DNA from: Podarcis gaigeae
Taxonomy: Eukaryota
NCBI GenBank assembly: GCA_964106915.2
Contig: OZ066914.1
Strand: one strand, 5' to 3'
Length of the DNA: 64,000 bases
Shown here: positions 26,093 through 38,018 of the stretch, piece after piece
Layout of the letters: every line of letters starts with the position of its first letter
How positions within the stretch are numbered: position 1 is the stretch's first letter
Position numbers and translations under genes: made by a program
The notes under the pieces: model-generated
What the model saw: the letters and a program-made list of their open reading frames with translations, nothing else
Database searches by the model: none
What the model was told of the DNA's origin: nothing

Positions 26093-26737
26093 TTAGGCTT
26101 TTCAACTTGTGAGAAGGAAACATTTCAGCTGCCCTGATAGAACAACCCCCTTCTTCTCCCTCTTCAGTCCTGTTCCAGTGGCTTTCCTGATCCCCTTGAA
26201 CCATCAGAGGGTTTTTCAGTAGAGGTGGGATGGCCATCTGTCATTGATGCTTTAGATGAGATTCCTGCATTACAGGGGGTTGGACTAAATGACCCTCAGG
26301 GTCCTTTGCAACTCTAAAATTCTAGGATTCTATGAATTTTGTGGGGAACGGAGTGGGGGGAGGAGGGGGAAAAACCCTGATGTGTAAGCAGAAGTCCTTC
26401 TACAGAGCTTCTGCTGATGGGACTCATTGATGCCACTAACTTCAAAAACTGAAAATGTAAAACAGCAAGAAGGCACAAATGAAATATAATAGTGGCAGCA
26501 AAAACATAAGCGTGCCCAATTCACTTCAACACTGCCCAAAGAACCTGGGCAAAGAGGTACGTCTTCACTGGGTGCCAAATGAAAATCATTGTGGGGATGA
26601 GGCACTCCTCAGAGGGAGGCCGTTCCAAAGGTCACTGCAAAGAAAATTCACCAGCAGGCCTTCACCACAAACCTCATTACATGCAGGAACCACTTTCAGG
26701 GCTTCCCCTGGAGATCTTTGGGCAGGTTGGTCTAGAA

Positions 26738-26873
26738 CAGGCATCCCCAACCTGCGGCCCTCCAGGTGCTTTGGCTTACAACTCCCATGATCCCTAGCTA
26801 ACAGGACCAGTGAGCAGGGATGATGGGAATTGCAGTCCAAAACATCTGGAGGGCTGAAGGTTGGGGATGTCTG
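26738..26873. mobile_element. Palindromic hAT (Charlie-like) MITE
   Basis: Near-perfect fold-back; 8-bp TSD gtctagaa (NTCTAGAN type). Degenerate relatives at ~19291, ~40722, ~41469 and ~46877. Confidence 0.85.
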
Positions 26874-27521
26874 GTCTAGAAGGAGCCATTCTTTCAGATA
26901 TTTGAGGACCAAGTCATTTAGGGCCTTAAAGGTCATTTAGGGCCTTAAATAGGTCCCAGGAGGAATTTCCAGGAAGTCGGTTCTGGAGATAGCTGGAAAT
27001 TCACGTCCTCATGGGCTTCAACTCCCGTAGCCTGATCTTGGCAGTGTTGCAGTATACTTTACTCATAAGTAGGGGTGGGGTGGAAATTTGATTTTGTTTG
27101 CATTTTGATGAGCAAACACCTAAGTAGCGTACTTTGAATCAACACGCAAACAAAAGGGCAAGTGTGCTTTGAAATTCACACTTCTCCAAATTCTGTAATG
27201 CAGTTCTCCAAGCAAAGATGCATATAGTAGGGAAATGTTTTTTATAAACATGTTTACGCTTATGAAAATAACATGCAGAAATGGACCATACTGGAGAAAA
27301 TGTCTTGCAAAATGTGTATATTAGTCACAACTGAGTCCTGAAAATGTGTATACTAGTCCTAACGAAGTTTTATGAGGACTTTTTTTTTTTTAGTTACAGA
27401 TTGCTGCAGAAATGTGGAGAACTGCATTTAGGATCTGTCCAAGCAAATCATGAATTCTCAATAAACAGGCCATCTGGAAGTGACCGCAGTCTCTGAGGAA
27501 AATGGAGCCTATACTATATAC

Positions 27522-27523
<2 letters not shown>

Positions 27524-27561
<38 letters not shown>
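27524..27561. repeat. (CA)n microsatellite
   Basis: Read directly from the sequence. Confidence 0.9.
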
Positions 27562-27565
<4 letters not shown>

Positions 27566-28363
27566 TCAGCTCTCCAATACAAGCTCCTTTCTGTACAACA
27601 CTTAGAGTTATCTTTTTATACATTAAGTGGTATAGAAGTGGTCTAAATAAATTGTCTCTTAAAAAAACAACGCTATCTGAATTAGGAAGTAATTATTAGA
27701 CTGAATATGAGTTGACCCTCTGCCGTTGCAGATGGCCATGCCCAGAATCAGTCACATGCAGTTTTTTTCTGTGGCTGTTCAGGGCTGCTGACTCCACATT
27801 GTCTGCTGCTCTCTGTTTATCCTCCAAACTGGCACCGCACAGTCTTTTCCTCCTAAGTTCATTGAGCAATATTTATGTGAATCAGCATGATGGTGATTGT
27901 CATTATTTTGAAATTCCTAGAGCTGCTCCTCAGGGTGGGAGGTGGGGATTATGGGGCTGAGTTGCCCCTTTATTGCCCTGGAGAGTTAGCAGTAGTTGAA
28001 TGAAACATCCTCTGACATTCCCAGGTCTCACTCTCTGCCAACAAACAGCCGTGTGACCTGCATTATGTGAAATGGCTTGTTAGGCATGGCTTTAGTCCTG
28101 CCTGGGTGGGGCTGAGGAAAGCTTGCTGCAAAATATCCACTTGGAAAGAGGAATCTGGGGTGAGATGTAGCAGCAAATTGTTCCTAGTATGAGTTTCTCT
28201 TCTGCATTTGATTGCAAGGCTTTTTGTTTAAAAAGACAATTCTTTACATTCTGCTCCTGGTAGATACCATTTCTCTTGTCAAGTCTGAACTCCACCTACT
28301 TTTTGTTTACTTGTTTTCTGTATTTTTATGGGTGTTGTCATTCTTTAAGAGCTCAGTCCTATA

Positions 28364-28589
28364 CAGTGGTACCTCGGGTTAAGTACTTAATTCGTTCTGG
28401 AGGTCCATTCTTAACCTGAAAATGTTCATAACCTGAAGCACCACTTTAGCTAATGGGGCCTCCTGCTGCCGCCACGCCAGTGGAGCACGATTTCTGTTCT
28501 CAGCCTGAAGCAAAGTTCTTAACCCGAGGTACTATTTCTGGGTTAGCGGAGTCTGTAACCTGAAGGCTTTGTAACCCGAGGTACCACTG
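28364..28589. mobile_element. Tigger-like MITE subfamily 1
   Basis: TA|CAGTGGTACCTCGGGTTA...TAACCCGAGGTACCACTG|TA termini. Confidence 0.9.
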
Positions 28590-29621
28590 TATATGTCTTT
28601 TCTAGCTCTACAGTTCTAGGATTCTAGGATTCTATGTTGTAGGATACAACTGCAAAAAAACCCACCGGTCCGTGCGGGCCCATAGTGCTTGCATTGTTTC
28701 AAGGTCTTTTGATTTGCAGTTATTGACTGGAAAGTGGGGGGGGGGGTCCAATAACGTCAGCTGTCCTGCCACCAAAAGCCATTAGAAAGAGGGGGGAAAT
28801 ATTTTTTTTGCAATTTGCTAAACAAAAGCCTAGTGATTATTATCTCTTCACTTGACCCGATGCAACATTAAATTCCCATTATTGCTGCGTGTATCCATAG
28901 ATTTATTTGGTTCAGTTACACACACAATCACCTCAATTTTATTTCTACCCTTTTGTGCCCTGTGGTGATATTTATTTTTTCTCTTCTGCTGTTGTATTTG
29001 TATTTCAATCATTCCAGTCACCCATTAGCATGACAAAGATCAGCTTCTGGGGTGATGTGATGGTGTCCGGACCAAAGTGACATTTCATTCTTTAGCTCCC
29101 TACCTTGTATATTGCCAGCCTTGGTTCATTTAGAAAATAGACGTAATGTACCTACTCCTGTGCCCTCGCTGACCCTCAAAAGTATACATTCTGCCAGCGC
29201 AAAATGCGAAATGCTCGTCAGTACTCAAATTGCGCTTTTCAAGTGGGCCTCATTTAGTTAACTTGTGCATGCAAAAATCAGGGAGCTTTTGGTAAACATG
29301 ATGAGAGGCACTTAAGAGGCAGCTACCAAGGCTTTCAAAAAAGATGAAGAGGAAGTTGCTGCTGAATCTAACAGAGACGCCTTGCATTAAAACAGAGATG
29401 AATCACCTGGTGTCAGCATACCTGATCTAAGAATCTCAGGCTGCCATCCTATGCCCTCTGACCTAGAAGCAATAAACTAGAGGTGAATTTTGAAATGCAG
29501 AAGCTCATTGTGACAACACCCATAGCCATGCTGACAAAGGAGAAACCAAAACTGCAGGCAGCTTTGTTGATCATAGCCCAAGAGTACATCATCAGACATC
29601 AATATCCCTATATCTGTATGC

Positions 29622-29624
<3 letters not shown>

Positions 29625-29663
<39 letters not shown>
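29625..29663. repeat. (CT)n microsatellite
   Basis: Read directly from the sequence. Confidence 0.9.
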
Positions 29664-29666
<3 letters not shown>

Positions 29667-29690
29667 TGTGTGCTCAGCATGACACAGCAT

Positions 29691-29840
29691 GTTGGCATCC
29701 ATCTGTCTTGAAAGACAATGAAAGAGTGTGCCATCAAGGGTAAAGTCAAACCATTGGAGAGCCAGAGTGCCTGCTGTGGCTGTAGAGAACACTACAGGAG
29801 AGACATGTTTTGTTGCAGCTGGGGCAGATGACGGTGTCTG
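29691..29840 (-). mobile_element. RTE-clade LINE 3' fragment
   Basis: The minus strand reads DTVICPSCNKTCLSCSVLYSHSRH (RTE C-terminal C2H2-like motif), followed by the 3' end gacagatggatgccaac shared with ~17215 and ~32650. Confidence 0.65.
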
Positions 29841-32054
29841 GTTTTGCTGTTAACAGATGCCTGTGGGAAGCAAGGTATCATTCTCGCACTTGTGTTCCTC
29901 AGTAACTGGTACTGAGGTATACTGAATGCTATTCTAACCACTATCCTGCACTGAGGCGTGTATCAGGCCCGTATTGTGGTGGACACTGGTGAAAACACTG
30001 GCCAGTTTTTGCTGGGGAATTGGACAATGTTGAGTTTATGGAGCTAACTTCCTCTGGGTGTCTGCTGCCTTTGCACTGGTAAAAATATAGATAACAATGC
30101 ATTCTAAAACATTTATCAGAAAATAATTTTTATGAGCTGGTTTGCATCGGTTTCAATTCTGAATGATGGTAATAGCCCCCCCATGTCTGACAGAAGAGAT
30201 TGCACACATGCTCTGTGACAATTCAGTGGAATGATCCAGAAGCCAACTGAACAAATTGGAAGAAATTTTGAAATGGAAAACTTCCGACATGCCTCCTTTC
30301 AATAAGACAGTCACTTTCCCTCGGAAAGAAGCCTTTATGGTATATTAGATTCAGTTACTCAAGCAACTTACCATTTCTTGACATCTGTGCTCTGCTTAGT
30401 TGTAAGGAAACATTCTCTGCTTGCTTTTGGTATCCTCTCTTCATCTTTAGGTGAAAATAAATTCAAAAAGGAAGTACCCCTAGACACCTTAAAGAAGCAG
30501 CAGTATGCAGATGCTGAGTGAAACGAACAGCTGTCACATTTTCACCTGGTCTCACCTCAAAGGGTCCTCAGCCGGACCATACTATTCTTGGAGAAGAGTT
30601 TGGGTAATTCCCTATATTTTTGAATACGTAGAGACATATTTGTGTAATCATTGTTTGATTGGATTCTCCATAAAAAGTGACTGGATGAAGGCTTTTCCAA
30701 ACGAAACACTGTGTGGAAGCAACCATAGCTGTTTTGCTGTTTCATGGGTGGATTTGCCTTTTTAAAAAGCTTTAGATAAACTGAAGAAATTATGTGTTGC
30801 ACTTGCCCCTCTGGTTTAAGGCACATGAAGATCATCCAGAGAAAAGATGATGGGCAGCCTAATCCAACGCATGCTGTACAATAATGTGTTTGAAGAAGGC
30901 CTTTGGTATTGTATTGATACCAGACTGCAGTCCTGTTGTTCTTGCTGCAATGCAGCTGAGTGTTTTCTGAGGAGTTAACAAAACAACAGGGTTCATTCTG
31001 AGCTGCTTATCTCTATCCTGGCTATAAAAGCTATTTCTACACACGCTCTTTGGACTAATGTGTCCCCTCAAAGCACTAGTGCTTGACTGCTTATGGCTGT
31101 CTTAGAAATTCAATGGGAGATAAAACATAACAGTTATCTTTAAACTACATGACTGATCTTAATGAAATTTTCCAGAAGGTTAGATCCTAGGCCTTTTCAA
31201 TTTTCCCTAACAGTTCTGGTTTTAAGACACTTAAAGCCTTTTATTTGCTGTTTTATATGGTGTGGTCTTTATTGAGGCTTTTTTTTTGGTTCTGTTTAAT
31301 TTTATTGTTTTAATTACGCAAACTGTCATGATTTTTTTTTAATTGATGCATGTCCATTCAGGAATAAGCCGCACTGAGTTCAGTGGAACATACTCCCAGG
31401 ATAGTCTGCATAGGATTGCAGCCTAAAGTCATGTACACGTTACTATGGACTCCAGCGTGTTCCCACCATTGGTGTTTGAAGCTGAGTACACATTACGTTA
31501 GCCACAATCCTTAGGCATCCTATAGCTTCTAGAGGATTACTCCTGTTTGATGTGCTTTCCTTCAAATCAACTTCCATCCAATTAGAAAACAGAAGCTACA
31601 GTTTAAGCTAAGGTCTGTACATACTCAGGCAGACAGCTTCAGTGAATTAGAGTTCAGTGAATTGAGGGGAACAAACCAGGTACTGGATATTCCTGTCCTC
31701 TCTCTGGTCTGTACAGCACCTTAAGAAAAGATGAGGCTTGTGGCTTGCTGTTGTTTCAACACAGTTCTTTTTCTATACAGATTACTGTGATAGACCCTTT
31801 ATGTATTTAAGGCATCAACAATTTTGTTTGTTAGTGAGTAGTAATCACATTTGTATATGATGTTGCAGTGTTGCTACTCTTCATCCTCTACAGTTCTATA
31901 TTTGCTGTACAAAACAAACAAACCCTACAGTGTTTGGAGTATTATTATTTTTTAACCACTGGTTTATTTTGAAACAGTACAAATCTATAATATTCATTCC
32001 TGGAATGTGGCTGGTGCTGGTGTCACATGCTGGCAGCTTCTAAGAGCTACAAGT

Positions 32055-32668
32055 GAGAGCTGAGTGCAGGGTGGGGATGAAAGATGGACAAAACCGGCTA
32101 AACCAGGTGAGGGTAGCCGATGGGTCTCAAACCCTCCATGAGTTAGGAACCTCCCCTGCATGCGAAGACAAGCTCTGGCAGATTGAGCACACAAGACTAA
32201 TAGCGGGTCCAAGAGTCAAGAAGGTGATTTCTGCACGTGCTGTAGAGGGAAGTGAGGGGCAGATGGGGCTCGTCAACCTGGGAAGGTAGCCCATCTAGGA
32301 GAAGGAAAGCTCTGATCCAAATCTCTGCTGCCTTGTGGGATATCTTCAGGACAACAGAAGGCTAAGGAGTAAACCCTACATAAATATGGAGTGGAATCCC
32401 TAAGACTGTTGGATGGTGTCTTGTACACCTCCTTTGGGCAATTCCTGCAGCCAAGCTGGTGCCAAACGTATTGCTCTGCTTTCCTTTAGACCACATCAGC
32501 GAGGCCAAGGGTTGTGTGTGTTATCATCTGGGCAGCCCAGGACCTCCATACACACTGCCCAGGCTTGCACCCCAAGGAGATCACTTTGGTGCTGCTAACG
32601 CAGCAGTTTGACTTCGTCCCCAGAGATGCACTCCATTGTCTCTTGTGACAGATGGATGCCAACAACAG
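32055..32668 (+). mobile_element. Non-autonomous bipartite RTE-derived element (5'UTR-like joined to 3'UTR-like)
   Basis: Ends in gacagatggatgccaacaac like the RTE fragment at 29691. Contains the RTE-5'UTR-like motif agcccatctaggagaaggaaa and no ORF2 remnant. The 5' boundary is approximate. Confidence 0.55.
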
Positions 32669-32766
32669 CAGGATAATTTAACACTCTCCTGATTCTGTTT
32701 GGTGCAGAGCTCTGTATAATCCAGAAGCCTGCATGGAAGACAGGATTTCATTCCATTTTTTAAATA

Positions 32767-32995
32767 CAGTGGTACCTCAGGTTACATACGCTTCAGGTTA
32801 CAGACGCTTCAGGTTACAGACTCCGCTAACCCAGAAATAGTACCTCGGGTTAAGAACTTTGCTTCAGGATGAGAACAGAAATTGCGTGGTGGCGGCATGA
32901 GGCCCCAGTAGCTAAAGTGGTACCTCAGGTTAAGAAGTTTCAGGTTAAGAACGGACCTCCAGAACGAATTAATTTCTTAACCCAAGGTACCACTG
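32767..32995. mobile_element. Tigger-like MITE subfamily 1 (opposite orientation to the copies at 28364 and 34869)
   Basis: TA|CAGTGGTACC...GGTACCACTG|TA termini. Confidence 0.9.
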
Positions 32996-33479
32996 TAGCT
33001 GTTAATTCTCTGCAAAATAGCAGGGAGAAAAGGCATTGCTTTAACATTTGGTATAAAGAATATGCCATCTAGTGGATAAACGCAAGCACAGTGATCAAAT
33101 CTGCTTTGCCAATTTTAAGATGGTCGCATTACCGGGAAAGGGGGGGCTGTGTGTAGGTTTGGGCATAACAGCTTTAAAAAACGGCTTTATCAGATCTATT
33201 TTCCTTTCGCAGCCTCTAATTTAGTATGTCAATTATTCATTCTTTAAGGCTAGTGTCACTGCTGCCAAGCATATATGATGAGTTTTTGAGAGAGAATACT
33301 GTATAGCCCACCAGCCAGCTTCATATACACAGATATTAAAAAATATAGAAAAAGAAACACTGAGATAATCTGCCTGGAAACACCACCCATCAGATCTGGA
33401 AGTCCCAATTTCTAATGAGTACATGGGACTTCTGTTTACACGATGGTGTAGAACTTATAAGTTTGATTTGTTCTGATTT

Positions 33480-34300
33480 CTTATGCTTAGGGTAAAGATC
33501 CGAAATAACCCGTCGTCCGCACGGCGCCAGCATATGCTTTAGTTTATACGTTTGTGGTGTGCTGAAATGTGCTTTCAGGATTGAACCAATTAGCCGCGAA
33601 ATGATTCGGTGAAATCGAGGACACAAGCAGCACTAATTACTAATTATGTCCTTTATCTGTCTGCCTCCAAATTCGGGGAAACTGGACCCGTCGAATTTCT
33701 GCCTGCCAAGTCCTCCTCCCGTCGGTTTCAGGCATCTGGACCGCTAACCGGGTTCCCATTCGAGGAGTCCCTACGAATGGAATTTTTTATTTTTATTTCC
33801 ACCCCCCCCCCCTACCCTCGTTTCCCTTTTTGCAAGTCGGAACTCGGCTGCTCCCGGCTTCGGGATCCGAGGGACCAGCGTTTCGGTAGGACGCCGGAAG
33901 CGCTGCAGGAACGGCCTCCCCCCCCCCTCCGGGCCCAAGAAGGCGAGATACTGGGCCGCTCCAGCCATGGTCGGAATGCGAGCGTTGCGGAAGAGCAAGA
34001 CGCTACAGTATGGAGTCCCCATGATGGTGAGCGGCGGCCGGGGGAAGGGGGCGGCGGGCGGGACGCTCGCCTAGAACTAGCTCAGCAGAGGGGCCGCGAA
34101 GCGCTGGCGGAGGGCGGGGCTTCGTTTGCCAATGGCGGAGGCTGCAGCGCCCCGGACCGTCCGCGGGGGGGAGACCTTCTCGGGAAGGCGCGACGAGGCC
34201 TTGCGTCGGGCGGCGCTAGCGTTTCAGCAACGGCTCGCTCTGCGCTCCCCCCCCCGCTTAACTAGGGTCACGTGACAGCCCCCCCCGGGGGCAGATGAGA
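33480..34300 (+). promoter_or_regulatory. CpG-island promoter of COX16
   Basis: The main CpG-dense non-repeat tract in the window, spanning COX16 exon 1. Contains CCAAT (~33586), ETS-type CCGGAAG (33894-33900), GC boxes and the palindromic E-box GTCACGTGAC (34267-34276). Boundaries are approximate. Confidence 0.85.
33967..34026 (+). CDS. COX16: COX16 coding exon 1: MVGMRALRKSKTLQYGVPMM
   Basis: Strong Kozak context gccATGG; gtgagc donor at 34027. Matches the recalled COX16 N-terminus (MRAFRKNKTLGYGVPM). Confidence 0.93.
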
Positions 34301-34510
34301 TTATATACTGAAATGGAGAGGGGGGGTGTCGTTCTTTATATTCTTCTTGCCGCATTGTATGAAACGCATTACAGCGTGACTTTTAAAGTACAGTATTCGA
34401 GAACTGACCCTGTTTTTAGAGGGTGGCTGTGCTTGTCGGGTAAAGAAACAAGGAAAACCGCCCCCCCCCCCAATAATTTTATTAGTTAGCTGTAACCCAG
34501 TACAGTGGTA

Positions 34511-34859
34511 AAGGTAAAGGGACCCCTGACCATTAGGTCCAGTTGTGACCGACTCTAGGGTTCCGGTGCTCATCTCGCTTTATTGGCCGAGGGAGCCGGC
34601 GTACAGCTTCCAGGTCATGTGGCCAGCATGACTAAGCCGCTTCTGGCGAACCAGAGCAGTGCGCGAAAACGTCGTTTACCTTCCCGCTAGAGCGGTACCT
34701 ATTTATCTACTTGCACTTTGACGTGCTTTCGAACTGCTAGGTTGGCAGGAGCAGAGACCGAGCAACGGGAGCTCACCCCGTCTCAGGGATTCGAATCGCC
34801 GACCTTCTGATCAGCAAGTCCTAGGCTCTGTGGTTTAACCCACAGCGCCACCCACATCC
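34511..34859 (-). mobile_element. Sauria SINE
   Basis: Reverse complement of the copy at 8717; TSD ccagtacagtggta (34497-34510, 34863-34876). Confidence 0.92.
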
Positions 34860-34868
34860 TGGCCAGTA

Positions 34869-35094
34869 CAGTGGTACCCCAGGTTAAGTACTTAATTCGT
34901 TCCGGAGGTCCGTTCTTAACCTGAAACTGTTCTTAACCTGAAGCACCACTTTAGCTAATGGGACCTCCTGCTGCCGCTGCACCGCCGGAGCACGATTTCT
35001 GTTCTCATCTTGAAGTAAAGTTCTTGACCCGAGGTACTGTTTTTAGGTTAGCCGAGTCTGTAACCTGAAGCATATGTAACCCAAGGTACCACTG
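34869..35094. mobile_element. Tigger-like MITE subfamily 1
   Basis: TA|CAGTGGTACC...GGTACCACTG|TA termini. Confidence 0.9.
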
Positions 35095-35139
35095 TACTGG
35101 AAAGCAGGTGTGAGCGAAATACATGGAGCAGGCATATGT

Positions 35140-35268
35140 GGGATAGCTCAGTTGGTAGAGCAGGAGACTCGACTTAATCTCAAGGCTTGGGCAAAATGAT
35201 TCCCGCATCGCTGGGGTTGGACTAGATGACCCTCGTGGTCCCTTCTGATTATATGATTCTGCGATTCT
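35140..35268 (+). mobile_element. tRNA(Lys)-like head / CR1-tail SINE
   Basis: gggatagctcagttggtagagc A-box head; T-arm missing; CR1-type tail ggttggactagatgacc...gattct. Confidence 0.7.
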
Positions 35269-37122
35269 ACAGCTCATAGCTCTGACTACTGCATGAAAGA
35301 GCACCGCTGCCTGACATTGGAGAGACACAGCCGGATGTGAGGCAGCTGGTGACCATCTTAGTGCCCTGGAAGGCTGCTGATGTGTGGCACTCTTTCAACT
35401 TCTCCCCCCCTTCTTGTCTTTGTGCCTGGCGCTTCGGCAGATGCCTTGGCTGTTGTCTTTGTGCCCTGCTTGGAAGCTTCCCAGCAGCATCTGCTTGGCT
35501 GCCGTTAGACTCCGAATGCCGTTAGATTCAAAATCCCGTACCGGCTTAGATGATGGACCTTTCCAGATCCTTTTGATACGACATGGGGAAGAAAGGAACT
35601 TCCACATGCCTTTGGGGTATCATTACTAGGTTGAAAGGGACTTCATCCAGTTGAAACCCGTGCCATTGCAGGGAGACTAAATGCAAGAAGAGCCCCACAG
35701 AATCAGGCCAAAAGCCCATCTAATCTGGCACTCTGTTCTCACAGTGGCCAAGCAGATGTCTATGGGAAAGCCTGCATGCAGGACCTGAGCACAACAGTAC
35801 TCTTTCCTGCAATTTCCAGTTGGCTGCAACAAGTATTACCAAAGGGAGGACAGTTAAATTTAAAATTTGGCATTAGCAAAGCAAAAACGCTTTTTCTATT
35901 ATAATGGTAGCAAACATACTTTCTAAGTGCCAATCATGTCACTTCATTTCATAAATAAGCTGACTTTCAGACATTCTAATAATTTTAGCTACCATTCCGT
36001 TTGCGGTTAACTGTGTAGCAATGCTCATTTTCCTGTAGAAGTTTCCTTCTGCAAAAATCTTTGTAGTGCTTCGTTTCAATAATTTAATAGTTGAAATTAG
36101 GCCTACTTCACTTCCAAGTCACCAAGCTCAGTAGGATATCCTAACAGCCGTGTATTGTGAAGCCTTAGTAAGGTTATTATGCTTAAAAAGCAAAGGCAGC
36201 ACCTTTATGAGGACCAACCAAATTGTCAGAAAACAGCAAGCTTTTGAATTCTCCAGAACTCTTAATCAGTCTAGATATTATACAAAACAAAGGGGTGAGA
36301 ACAAGGGGGAAAGCACAACAAAAATTCAAGAGTTTGGCTGGATGACATCTGCATTTAGAATACAGTAAGGCTGCATTTACACAGTGGTTATGTTCCAGCG
36401 ATCGTGCCTAATGCCAAATTGCATATAGTCAAAATCCATTGGGTTCAATGGTAGATGGGATTGCCAAAGTCATTTTTCCCAGGACCCTGCCCCCTTTCCG
36501 GCCTTTAAAATTATTATTTTTTGCCATGTGCGTAAAACTGAATGTGCACAAGTTAAATGTGCATAAGTTGTGGGCCAACGTTAGAAAAGTTGCTGAGTAC
36601 CTGAAAAGCCATGATGCATAGATGATGGGCTGCACAACATTTAGTTTGCTGGCTTTTAAGATTCAGTTGTTTTGCTGACAAGTAGATTTTGCTTAAGGGG
36701 TTTGTTTTGGTTTGTTTGCATGATGGTTTTTGTGCCATTAGCTTCAGAATTCTGGTCAGTTTTCATTGTTCCAATGGTACATGCTTCTGCAGAAACTGAA
36801 CAGACAGCAAATGTGACTTTGTACAGAATTTAGTGTTATGATTGAATTCCAGTCTTGGTTCCTATTAGATTCTTTCTCTTCAATATCTATTCACAAATCC
36901 TGTCTATGTCATTAACTGAATAGGATTATTTGTTTGTTAGCGTTAATATATGTGACAGGTCATTGAGATAAGTAGCACTACAACCCGGGCTGTTAAAGGC
37001 ACAAATGCACACACAAAAACATAAGAATTGATGTAAAAATACCATAGTACTATTCAGCCTAATACAATACAAAATAATACAATAAACTTGGTATAGGGAA
37101 GTCATAGCACACTGGGTAAAAG

Positions 37123-38018
37123 CATAGCTGTCAAGCGTCCCTTATTTGGAGGGACAGTCCCTTATCCCAGCGCCATGTCCCGCTGCTGTCCCTTATTGAT
37201 GGATGTCCCTTAAATTTCCCGGGTTTCAAAGGAAGCAGCTTCTGTTCCTCCCTGCCAGCCAGGGAGGAGGGAGGCTCCAACTGTGTGGCTTGGCTGCCCG
37301 GCCTGCCCCCATCCGGCCCCTTTCAACAGCCTCGTGGCCACCAAACTGAGCGTCTCTGCCTGGGGCCTCCCCTCTGCCTGTCGTCGCCGCTCCTGCTCCT
37401 GCTAGGCCATACTGTGGCTGTGCCACCGAAGGACCCGGATGAGATGGGCAGCCTGGCATGGCCTATGAATTGCTGAGGTGCCTTGAGAGGAGAGCAAGGG
37501 CAACCATAGAGAAAGCAGTTCAGAGAGAGGAGGAAGAGGAGGAGGCGGAGACGCAGGCAGGTGTTCCAAGGGCTACAAGGGAAGGACCGCAAGGGCTTCT
37601 CGCATAGATTTGTAGTGGTAGACTAGCATAGATGGTCTGATCTGCGGATTTACTTTGGGCGCTATTTCCCCCCCCCCTCCTCCCGCCCCACCTGATGGAA
37701 TTGAGAGCTGCAGATGGAGCACGAGAGAAAAGATACAGAACTGCAGCAGCATCTTTGTAGCTTGGACTTCGGTTTGCGTGAAAAGTGGTGGCTGCTTGTA
37801 GTTATTTAATTGCAGTGTTTCATCGGCTGGTGTCTTGAGCAGCAGCCTCTGGAAACGAAGGGCTAAAAACCGGCGCTGCTCTCCAAAATTATCTGGTCCC
37901 TTTTAACTTCGTATTTCAGCTGGTAGCTGGTAGACTAAAATCCCTTATTTTGGCTGCTGGTCCCTTTTTTTCAAGGCTGCTGGTCCCTTATTTTCAAATC
38001 TGTAAGTTGACAGCTATG
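37123..38018. mobile_element. 896-bp non-autonomous hAT element with CATAGCTGTCAA TIRs and a GC-rich interior
   Basis: 12-bp TIRs; perfect 8-bp TSD ggtaaaag (37115-37122, 38019-38026); subterminal gtccctt repeats at both ends. Confidence 0.85.

Noticed and set aside
33609-34265. 218-aa ORF over the CpG island
   Set aside because: GTG start, no recognisable domain, and a different frame from COX16 exon 1. Long ORFs are expected in GC-rich DNA.
35140-35200. tRNA-Lys-like gene
   Set aside because: It lacks the T-arm/B-box and acceptor stem and is fused to a CR1 tail, so it is a SINE.
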